Part shown: positions 34,736 through 46,700 of the stretch, piece by piece
How positions within the stretch are numbered: position 1 is the stretch's first letter
Layout: each line of letters begins with the position of its first letter
Assembly: GCA_001179505.1 (NCBI GenBank)
Contig: CDMY01000340.1
Span: 49,259 to 113,258 of the forward strand
Direction: 5' to 3'
DNA length: 64,000 bases
Source: Vitrella brassicaformis CCMP3155
Taxonomy: Eukaryota; Protista; Chromerida
The notes under the pieces: generated by a model
What the model was told of the DNA's origin: nothing
Database searches by the model: none
What the model saw: the letters and a program-made list of their open reading frames with translations, nothing else
Position numbers and translations under genes: made by a program

Positions 34736-37700
34736 CAGCAACCAGACGGCCGCCGGGGCAATGATTCAGCGCTGGACAGCCATCCCGATGTGTTCTATTT
34801 CGTAAGGACACCACCACGGATCTTTCTTGAGCACTTTTGATTGCAGGCCTGCCGAATGAGATTGTCTGTCTGTCTTTCTCTGTCTGTCTGCCGTGTGTGT
34901 GCTGGGCTGTGTGTGTCAGTTGAAGGGAGGGTACCGGGAGGAGCTGGGCCACTCTCTGAAGGCCCACAATGGCATCCTTGCCCACGGCCGGTGGCTGGTG
35001 GGCATCGCAACGACCGACACGGCCAACCTGCGGTCACCCGACAACAGCGTGGCCATCCAGACGGTGGCGGCCTTCGGCGACCGAGACCATGTCAGGGCAG
35101 CCGTCCACGGCAGGAATGTCGGCTTCCTCACAAAGGACGGCATTGCGGTCTTCCACCTCAACAGTGACGGCCACTTCAACCAGACGGCTCAGCTTCTGAC
35201 GGAGCCTCATCGATACGTCACTCACGAGCTCAACGGCGGACTGCTGGCGGCGACTGTTGAGAACCGAAACAAGCGCCGGCGTGTACTGCTCTACACGGGG
35301 GAGGAGGTGGATGAATCGCCAGATGCCGAGGGGTCTTCTGGTGGTGAAGGTGGTGCTAGCAAGTTCAAGGCCTACCACAACTTCCGTCGTCAGGCGTCGT
35401 CGGGTGTGAGTCTGCCGATCATCGGCGACGCCGAGCACGGGTTCGGGTCCAGCCTGGCCCTCACCGACCTGCACCTCCTCGTCGGCTGCGGCCAGTGCGA
35501 CGACGGAGGCTCCATCTACTGGTACTCTGTCGTCAGGGTGGACGACCACCTGCACCACACCAACAGCAGCGACAGTGACAGCGACGGAGAAGCAGAGGGT
35601 GCAACATCGTCGACATCACCACAGCCCCGCCCCGCCCATGTGTCTTGGGATTACGGCGGCCGGCTGGTGTCACCCTTCGGTGACGGCCTTTCCACCGCAC
35701 TCGGTAGAGAGGCCGTCAGGCTGGGGTTCGGCTCGACCGTGTCAACGAATGCTCTCTTGACGCTCATCGCCGCGCCGCGGCTGGGAGTGGCCCTCGTGTA
35801 CGAGACCGCCTCCCTGGTCAGCCAGGCGACCAACAAGGTGCAGCAGATGCGATGGATTGCGGCACACAAGATGGAGGGATGCCAAAATAGCGACGGCGCA
35901 GGTGTCGGCGATTGCTCGCTGGACGGCATGGCAGAGTGGATTGAGGGCGTCATGGGATCTGAGAGCTTCCTCCTGCGCGTGGCGCCTGTCTGCGTGCTCA
36001 AGGACGACGGAGCCACCGAGCTGCCGGGCGGCGAGTCGATTGTCGAACGGCTGCCTGTGGAGCCGTCGTCGAGTGAGTTGGGCTTCAGCATGACACAGGA
36101 AGTCGACATGAGGCAGCAGGTAGGTCCCATCGAGGGTGCACCGCAGCCCACCAGGATGAGGCTCTCACATGACGTCTGTCCGTGTGTGATTCGTTCAGGC
36201 ATCGATAGCGATCCTTGGTGCTCCGGGAGGCAACTTTGTCAACGTCTATCACATCCAGTTGATTCACGAGGGGCAGAACGCCACCTCCACCCGCAGCAGC
36301 CGAGTCACGTGCACCCTCACGCAGCAGGTTCGCGACGAGGGCTACGACCGGTCGATGCCCGCCGTGCGGCTCCACCCACACCGTCCACCCCGATCATCGA
36401 GGTCATCTTCGTCAAGAGTCGTGGGACAGAAGTCATCGACGAAAGAGAAGGCATCCAGCCGTTTCCTCAACCACAGCATCCCGCCCTCCAGTAGACTCGG
36501 GCACTCGGTCGCTTTCGTGGCCGGCAAGGTCTTCTTCGGTGCGCCCTTCGTGCCCGCCATCCAGGCCAGCCTCGCACCCGTCATGGGAGCCCACGAGTCC
36601 GGGGGGGAGGACGCCGACAAGCCAGCAGGTGCTGCGACACCTCCCGGCTCGACCGCCGCTGGCATGCCCTCCTCACTGCCCCGCGGCTCGTCGACTAACC
36701 CTCGGCTGGCGGTGATAGATCCGGCGGAGATCTTGTCAGCATCTCAGGGGTCGGGGGGCCGGGCCACCACTGACGTGCAGCCGGACGCCACGGCCGCGGG
36801 GCCGGCAGTGGTGCAGTCGACGGGCAGGGTGTACCAGAAGGCATACTGTCCATTCAACCACTACATGGTGGTGGAAGCAGCACACAAGCGGGGGTCGGGG
36901 GACAAGGAATCGTCTCCCGAATGCCGCCCGTGCAAGGAGGCAACGTTCTCGCTTGGAGGCTTCGCACCGGTAAGTGCCATCACACCAGCTAAGCTAGTCC
37001 CCTTCCTTCCCACAGGCCTGCCTGCCTGCATCGCACACGCCGCCTTTTCATGTCTGTCTGTGGTGCTCACTTACTTGCAGGAGTGTGAGGAGTGTGTTGG
37101 CGTGGAGAAACCTGAGGGTGCCACGTGGATCGAGGGCGCTGGGTGTGTTTGGGACTGCGGCGATGGCCTCTGGCCGCCCGAGTGCCTCGAGTGCCACATC
37201 ACCAAGGCGAGAGAGATCGAGCACGCTGCAGCCGAAGGGCGTGGCGAAAGTCTAGATCTCATCAAGCCCAAGTACTCCCACTGGCGAGACCTGGGGCCCG
37301 AGTGCACATGGCAGTGTGACGAGCCGCTCGTGTTTGATGCTGCTGAATTCGCCTGTGTGGGCCGGCTGCTGGCCCTGGAGGTGGTGCGTGTGGAGAACGA
37401 CCCCTTGCTGCCCTCGACAATCCCCGTCGAGACCTCCGATGGCTTTGTGGTCCTCCGGGAAGGCACTAAACTGCAGCTACGGATCACCATTTTCGCCGGA
37501 GAAAGTGAGGGAGGACAAAGAGAGAGATGCCTGCTGATATGATTGATGCAGTGCTTCATTCCTGATGTGTGGTCCTTGGTGCTCTCCCGCAGGTGCTGTT
37601 GACGAGACCCGCGTGACGCTCGGCCCCCCAGCTGGGAACGAGGAGGAGATCCAAATCCTGCCCGACGACGTAGTCACTTTCCCAGCCATGGCGCCAGGTA

Positions 37701-40700
37701 CGCACACATACACCTCCTCCCTCTGGGCGCCTGCCACATGCACAACGAACGCCATCCGTGTCATGCCGTGTGTGTCTCGCCAGGCGAGACCGTGAGCTAC
37801 AACCGTCAGCTGGTGTATGTGAGTCCACAGCGGGCCGCTTCCGAAACATCGGGATCCGTCGCTCTTTCCGTCAACGACACAAACGACACCACATGGACGT
37901 AAGAGAAGTCTACGGGAGGCCGCGGAAGGAGAGGCGCACGTCTAGTCTATCTATTGCTTGGCTGGCCCTGTCTGTGTGCTCCATGCCATGCAGTGGTGCT
38001 GTGTTCAACGAGCTGGATCGTGTCCTCTTGAGGCCGTCATTCCGATCGGACATTCACGTGCTGGGCGTCCCAGAGCAGCTGGACAGCAACAAGACGGCCG
38101 CTTTCCACATCACACTGGGCGGCGAGCCACCCGACCTGCTTTGCGTCATCATGAAGTCCGAGGGGCACGACGAGGAACTCAACCAACAGACCTTGCTGCC
38201 GGCCAACGTCTCCGCACTCCCGTACCGCCTTCAGCTATATCCTCCCATGATCTGCTGGGTCGACGCGAGTGGCGAGAGCTCGGTGCCGGCGAGTCCTCCC
38301 GAGACGCCCCCAAACGGCCTCACCTTCTCTTCCACCGACGAGCAGGCCGACGTGGCGGGAGCCGGCGTGCCGAGCTCTCCACTGGGGGCCCTCACGCCTC
38401 ATGTCTTCAGCGTGCAGTCGTGGCGGGATCCCGTCAAAGTGGAGGTGCGTGCCGTCGATGACAAGATCTGTCGCGAGGGGGACACGGCCATGGCCGGCAT
38501 CCACTTCTCCATCGTTACGGACGGCGAGTCGCCCTACGACCCTGAGAAGGGCGACCCCACCTTCATATTCCACCCTTCGTCTGGGACGACAGATGGCGAC
38601 GGCAGCCCGCTGGCGGGGCTCATCCCTGTGGATCATGACTTGGAATCCCTGGCGGCTGACAAGGACGCGGACAGGGTCAAGCCGAAAAAGGGAGCAGCGG
38701 TGCGGACAGTGCGTGTGCGCAACTTTGCGGAGCCTCGGTTGATCCTACGGAGCAGCGTCAAGCAAGAGGAGCTCGAGATGATTCGCGAGGTGTCACCGAG
38801 GTCCTTCGCGGTCGAAGCAGTGTCAGGGGATGGTTCGGCTCCCCAGTGGCTGCGTGAGATCCGTCCCTACAACGTGTCGGTGTCGTGCCGGCCGGAGAAA
38901 GGGGACCGTGTGCGGGTGCTGGTCGACCCCATGTCGTCAACTCAGCTTGCCTTCCTGCGGCCTGTGTCGCAGTGGGGTGCCGACCGATACAGCAACGGCA
39001 GCTCTATCGGCCTCCCGCTCCCCCACATTCCCGCTGCCAGCCACTGGATCGCGGCCTCACGCTTCTTCGTCGACGTGCTGTTCAGCCACGGCAGGCCTCT
39101 CGACGTCACCCTCTACCCTGTGGCCTTCCAAGACGGCCGGTCCAATGAGAACAACACCATTATCCGGGTCAACCACTCGGTGTGGTCCTTCGACCTGCTG
39201 TCGCCCGCCGCCGCTCGTGCACAGGACATGCGCTTCACGGGCCATGGGCGAGCGCCGCTGTGGCCGGCAGACGGCATGAAGCTCGACCACTACAACTCCC
39301 TGACGCTGCTGGACACATGGGGTGGCAACATGAGCGCCTTCCACACTCAGAGGAGTCTGCCCGACGACTGGCGAGAGGTGTCGATCGTCAAGAGCTTCAC
39401 GCTCAACGACACCGACCTTCCGAAGCTGACCCTCACTGACGTGCCGCTGAGCATCAGCGAGCACCAGCCGCCTTCCCCCTTCGGGCTGCAGCTGGAGGTC
39501 ATCCCCCAGGGCAACGTGACGGTCGAAGTCATGACTGACCACCCCGGTGCCTGCAACATATCGGTCAGCACCGACTGGGAGGCCGAGAACAGTTCCGTCC
39601 TCGTGGTGTTCGACCCCTCTGAGGCGAGGATGTGCAGAGGACAGGACGCCATGGACTGCAGCCCCAGGAGCCAGCGGATCGCCGGCACTCACGTCTTCGT
39701 CCTGCGCTGCGACACGGAGGCCTTGCCATCCACTGCTTCGTCGGTCCTCTTGGTGGCCAGGGCCATCGCTGTGGAGGACAGCCTGCGGGACCTTCTCTTC
39801 TACGAGACCTACGCGCAGGCCCGCATTCCAGTCCGCAGGGCCAACCCGCACAAGCAGATCCGTCTCCGAGCTCACCTGAAGAGCGGTGCGGTGGCGTCAC
39901 CCGACGAGCCAATAGAGGTCCTCATCAGGCTGGTGGATCCGCCGGGACTCAACGTGACGGTGAACGTCAAGGACGCCACGGAGACTCTGGCTCTGTCGCC
40001 ATCGAGCGCCCCGCTGCTGGCCAACATGACGGGGGAGTGGTTTGCGCGGCAGCGGCAGATCAGGCTGATGGTGACTGAGCCCGAGAACGGGCTGGTGCGC
40101 TTCAGTGCCGATGCGTGGGACGAGGAGAAGGTGGTGACTGTGAGGGTGCTCATGTGGTCTGAGCCAGGCGACACGAAGCTCGCCGAACTGCACAGGCTCT
40201 ATCGGGCTATCGGAAGGTCAGCCCACACCTCAGTGCGCGCACAATATGCCGGTCACCGGTGCATTCATTGTGTCTTTTCTTTTCCTTTTGTGTTTTCAGG
40301 CTGTATCTGTCAGCGTCGCGGCGTCGTGACGGCCAGCCATCGAGTGACGTGACCACTCGGGTGATGAACGATGACGTGAGAATAGAGGAGATCAACTCGT
40401 TCAGCTTCGCCATCCTGCCGCTGGCCGACCCGTCGGACGTCTACATCGACATCGACATGCCCCTGTTGCACCCCACCACCCCAGCTCTTATCACCGCACT
40501 CGAGGGGCGCTTTCTGCCACACCACTTCGGCCTTCTACAGGCACCTTCGACCAGTGTCCGCGTGGAGGTCACCGCCCTGCCGATCGATGGCCACTCACAC
40601 CCCCTCTACTTCTCATACCAGCCCAACTCTTCCAGCCTTAGTTCGGGCTCGATGGCCGTCACTCTCACAGCCGACGAACCCGACACTACCGTCTACCTGT

Positions 40701-43700
40701 ACTCGCCTCGAGACTCGCACCTGCTACTCGAGACACCCCTGGACGCCCCAAATGCAGCAACAGACGAGCAGCAGCCACTGGAGCAAGAGCCACAGGCGAG
40801 CGGAGAGAGTGAGGATGCGCCAGAGACCGGGAACGTGACGGCTTCGCCGGCGGACGGGACCTCTGCCTTCTTCAACACGACCGCTGTCGACACAAACAGC
40901 ACCGAGTTCGCTTCCTGGAACAATTCGTCGACAGGGTGGGTGAGGAGCAGACTGCTCCAGCGCAACGACACGACAAACAGGACGGGAAGAGAGGCGATCT
41001 TCCATTGGTGGGGCTACCAGCTGGTGCACCGCATCCTGCTTACGGATGAGAGCGACTACAACGAGTCGGCATACCTCACGAGCATCTCCCAGGCATGGTT
41101 CAAGGAGCAAGATCGAATGGAGGTGGCGCTCACGCCGTCGATCGTCACGCTGAGGGCCGCTTCCCCGACATCTGGCACCCGTCTCAACGGCAGCGTACCG
41201 GCAGCCAAGACAAGGGCTGAATCCTACGAGGTGCGGCTGACGGGGACCCTCGACGGTACCTCAACGCTCAAGTTCTATCGGACGGATCCGGACAGTCCTC
41301 GGGTCAACTTGACTTTCCTTCTCGAGGCCTGCCAAGCGCCCGATGATGGCGTCAAGACGGTCTTCTACAGGCTCGGTCGATCGGTCGGCCGCAGCGATCG
41401 AGCCCTGCCCAACGACAGAGGACCCTACAAGCTTCCCTTCCAGATCACCCTGCCCCCACAGCCGTCCGCCTGCCTCAACGTGACTGTCTCGCCGCTGTGG
41501 TCGGCCGACCTCGGCCCCATGGCTGACGCACAGTTGGGAGTCACCCACGAGCTTGACTCGAGTCGCGACATGGTCGTCAGGAAGCAGTCGCTTGTCATGC
41601 CAAGGCCGCAGCTTCTCGTGCTCGTGTCGCAGGAGGCGGCACCATCGGTGGCGCTGGATCTGGAGAAGACGGAGGGCATCCCGTCGAACCGGCCCAGCTT
41701 CGTCCCTGAAGACAGCCTGTGGGCATTCGATGTCACCATGGAGGATGACGATGCCTCAGAGGCAGGTGGCAGTGACGGCAGCTCCAAGAGGCTGCTTGCA
41801 CCAGTGAGCGGGGATGAGAGCCGGCAGCATGTCAGCGCCCGGCTGGCTCTCCGCTTCAAGCTGCTGCAGGAGCCAATAGGGGCCATATTGCTCTCACTGC
41901 GCGACGGCTCGGCCCCTCTGTCCACGAGCAGGTGGAGCTCAGCCAACAGCAGTGCCGCCCACTCCGGCCCCTGCTTCCGCACTGTCAAGAACCTCGCCGA
42001 TGTGGCGGTGGACAACAGCACGTGGGACACCGCTGTGTTGGTGACTGAGATAGAGCTGGCACCGCACGATGTGGCCCTGCCGGGGATGATGCGACACTGT
42101 GAGATTGAGGTCACCGTCACGGGGACATCGGTGCCGGACGACCCTTACTACCCCCTCGATAAGGTGCGCCGCACAACCGACAGCTCACAAGAGAGAGCCT
42201 CAGGGAGGAATGCACGGAATGAATGCGTTTGTCTTTCGAATGCATCCTCTCCATCCATCGATCAGGTGATTCTGCGAGTGCCATTGTACGTGGTGTTGAC
42301 GACTCGGCCGGCAGTGATGCTGACACCGCTGTCAGCCACTCGCGCAAGGGACGGCACATCGATTCTCGAGTATCGCGTGGCGCTGTCCACCCGGCCGTCG
42401 GCCCCCGTAACCATCGAGGCATCGACCGGCGACACGGTGAGCAAGCAACAGAAAAAGGGCAGAGAGCGGGGTGACAACCGATACACGCCTCATCTCGTTT
42501 TGCCCTGCAACAGGTCAACATGACGCCTCCCCAGGTCACCTTCACGCCCGCCAATTGGTCGCTGGAGGGCACCGTCCTCCGCTTCTCGGCCGTGGAGCAG
42601 GACCCCGCCAACCCAGCCAACGCCACGAAGGAGAGCGTCAACTTCAGAATAGTCGACGGCGACTGGATTTACAACTCCAAGGGCCTCTCCCTCATCGGCA
42701 CGCCGGCTGTCGACCTCATCTGGGTGCTGCACGAAAGGCAGGCGGGCGCTGTGGCCACTGAGGGAGAAGGAGGCTTCTCCACGCGGAACCCTGCAGTCAG
42801 CGACATGCTGCCGAGGCTCCCTGAGAAGGATGACGCCTCGCCCGATGAATCGTCGAGCAACACCAGCAGCGGTATGGGCATCGTTGAGCGGGGCAACGGG
42901 TCTCTGTCGCTCGAGCTGCCGCCGCTGGTTGACACCAGCCCCGATATTGTCATCGAAGCGCGTGGGCCGTCGACTGTCTTTTGGCACGAGCGGTTCCTCC
43001 ACTACACGCTGCGCTTCCCGTGGCGGCCGAGAGAGCAGGTCACCATCCTGGCGAGCTATGACTGGCTGGAGTTCGACCTCTCTTCAAATGTGTCCTTCGC
43101 CACCTATCAAGCCGGCATTGAGGTACCTGCCTCCGTCACTGCCCATCCATCAAGACAGCAGCCAAGCCATCTGCCTTGCCTGTCTCCGTGTGTCCATCCA
43201 TCAGATATTCTACGACCCGGATCGTTACTGGCCGTACCCAATTCAGATCGACGTGCGCATCAAGAAGAGCTTCGAGCAGATGCGCGAGGAGGCACCATTC
43301 GTCGAGTTCTACGCCAGCGATGGCGGCTACTCCGAGAAGCAGGAGGCGGTGGCCAACCAGACGGCCAGCTTCTGGCAGGTGCAGCGGAGCTTCACACACA
43401 CCATCAAGGAGGTCTCAGACCCCGCTTACCTCGACGCAGACGTGGTACGCGGGAGGGAGAGAGCAGGGAAGGTCGGCCAGCAAGCATGTATTGTTTGTTC
43501 TCTCTGTGTCTTCTGTTCAGGAGGTGTTCCGCCCGAGTGCCAATTTTCTGGTGGGCATCGATATGCGGGACGTCAGCCGCACCCTCCACTTCGTCTTTGG
43601 GCCACACCCATTGGACCGCAACCCAAGCCTCAAAGGGTGGGTGGGCTGAGCACAGCACCGGCAAACTACACGACTGACTCGCACAGCACATTGCCCTGAC

Positions 43701-46700
43701 AGCACACACACATTTCCTCGTTCGTTGTACGTATGTATGTATGTGCGTCTCATGCAGGCTTGCGTCGAATCTCGCGGCTTTGTTCGACATCGACCGAAGC
43801 CGCATCGCCCTGCCGGAGTCCCTGCTGCATGAGCAGATGCACTCCCACTATAGCCAGGCCTCGCCCAACGCCACCGACGAGCAGTCTGACGATCCACAGA
43901 TCGACGGGCGGATGCTGCGCCGCCTGCAGGGCTCCCAGCAGCCGGCCTTGAGTGGTCTGTTTCCCTTAGCGGCTGATGGCGGCCCCAGACGCGCGAGTCT
44001 GATCATCCTGCCCGTCCCCGAGTGGCAGCGGGCACGCGACTTCGTCTCCAAACAAAAGTCGCAACCTGCATTCGTCAACGATATCGTCACCAAACTCCAG
44101 TACGCGGCTCGGAAATCAAGATCTACGATCGTGGTGCTGCCGTCACTGTTTCTTGCGTGTGCGTTTGTTTGTCTCTCCCTCCTTCAGGAAGCGGTTGACG
44201 GCCAAGGCGCAGAGGAACGCTGCGCTGGGTCTGGTAGAGATGGAGACGGATGTCGAGTGGCTGGGGGGAGTGAAGCTGCAGCAGGTGGTCCCTGTAGAGG
44301 AGGACGTGTGCGAGGCCGTCGGCTCATCCATCCCCGGAGAGGACACCAAGTGTGACACGTGTGTCAACCAGCCGTCATGCGGCTGGTGCCTCAAGGGCAG
44401 CGGGGAGGGAATGTGCGTCAGAGGTGTGGTCAGCCCGGCCTATGAGCTGCCTGACGGCGAGATCTGTGCCGCGTTCGAGTCGGAGGACTGCCTTGACCTG
44501 TGCACCGACTACGACCTCACGTGCGACCTCTGCACCTCCGTAGGCCTGTGCGAGTTCTGCCACTACCAGAACCCCAAGTGGGATGCAGGCAACATCCCCA
44601 CCGCCGACCCCTTTGTTGAGCACACCGGCGCGGGATCGCCGCCCCTCACGTCGTCCCTCAAGGAGAACTCGTCGGAGCCGCGCCTGCTGCTGCCGCCTGG
44701 TGACGCGGGCAAGTGTGAGGTCAAGGGTGCACTACCCGGCTGTGCGGACATCGGTGGCGTCCCGTCGGACAAGTGCGAGGACATCACTGTCAACGCTGAC
44801 CCGTGTCGGGGCTTCCACAACTGCACCTCATGCATTCAGAAATCTGGGTAGGTTCAGCAGACAGACAGAAGCCAAGTGTGTCCCCCAGCCCAGCTCAGCC
44901 ACACACGAACGAATCAATCTCTTTCCACGCCTCTCTCTACTGTTCATCCATCCGTCCGTCTGTCAGGTGTCTATGGTGTCTGGATACGGCCACATGTCAG
45001 CGGGGCACGGCCGAGTTTGGTCCGTTCGAGCCGCCCGCCGTGTCGGGGTGTCACGAGTGGCGGCACGGCGGGGAGGAGGGCGGCTGCCAAACAGACAGCT
45101 GCCTCAACTTCGGCAACTGCGTCGAATGCTCCTCACAGCCAACCTGCGGCTTCTGCTCGGCATGGGAGGTCAACGAGGGAGACAGCGAGCGGCTCGACAA
45201 GCGCATTCTCTCACCCAGATGTGGATCTGGTGAGTGGGAGGAGGAAACCGAGAGAGAGAAGGAAGGGCACAGTTTTCGTGCACCGCACCGAGGGGATTCT
45301 TGTGTGTCATCCATCGATCAGGCACGCAAGGCGGCAACTTTCGATGGTCAGCGTCCCAGCTGGTGTGCCGTGACTGGAAATTCGAGATTACCAGCTGCAA
45401 CGAAACCTGCCCCTCTGAGATCAAGGTCCCTAGATATCAATGAACGAACACAATGCATGGGTGGATCATAAAATCAAACACGCAAACGCACGCTGGCTGC
45501 GTCGTTGGTCTTTGCAGGAGCTGCGTGCTGAGACGGGGGAGATATCCCATGGCTCCGAAGACTACACGCTTAGAGTGAGCGAGGCGAGCCCCACAATACC
45601 AGACGACCAGACCCGTCCAGCCGACCCACTGACTGGCGCGTTTTTGCCTTTTTTCCATTCTCTCATTCTTCATCAGTATGCGCCGCGGCAGGAGTGCCGT
45701 TGGCTGATCAACCCCGGAGCGGGCAACAACGGCAACTCGGCTCCCGGGCGGCTCACCCTGACTGTGGAGATGCGGGAGCTGCTCCCTGGCGATTTCCTGA
45801 AGCTCTACGAAGGCACCAAGAGGCCAAACAGGAGACCCATCCTCGACGAGACCTCCGTTGCCAAGTAAGACATAATAAAGCACCAGGCAGGCAGGGGATG
45901 GCGTGTGTTGTGATGTGTCTGTCTTTGCCCCTCCCTCTCAGGCCGGGGTACTCGTCAGTCATGAAGGCGCAGGCCCCACTGCTGGTGACGTTCAACTCGG
46001 ACGAGGAGGGGGAAGGCTTCGGGTTCTCTGTCAGGTGAGCGGGCACTTGCAGTATATATGCTGCCGGTGGTTCTTTCTGATATATGGGTCCGGTCCATCC
46101 ACGTGTGTGTCAATCAGCTGGACGTGGCTACCGGAGCCTTTCACACCGATGAACGGCTGGATGATCACGTCTGTGGTGCTGGGGGTGTTGGGGGCCTGCG
46201 CCATCTCGGTCCTTCTCGTCGTGTGCATCAAGCGGATACGCATGGTCAGTTAAGCCACGCACAGACGCGTCCACGTGAAAGCTTCACAGACGAGCGGGGG
46301 GGAATCGTGCGTGCGTGTGTGTAGAACATGGCTGATCGGGGTGACGGTGTTGGCGACAACGGCCAGCAAGCTCCATGGGGCGACTGGAGCGAAGACGACA
46401 AACGCAGATTCAAAGAGGTATGCAGGCAGGCTGCCACACTAGCAGGGACACATGTGGGTGGGAGTCGATCATGTCTTGCTTCTGTCGATGCCTGTCTGTC
46501 TGTCTGTCTGTCTGTGGATGTGTGTATATGCCAATCAGTTTTGCAAGCCGTTCAAGTGGGGGGAGCATATGGAGAAGCAGCAGGAGCCGTGCAGCATCTG
46601 CCTCACCGACTACAACAAGGGAGACGAGGTCAGCCAAAGAGACAGACACATGCACCTCCCTCCCACACCGAGTCCGTGCTGTTGAACACTGTCCATACGG

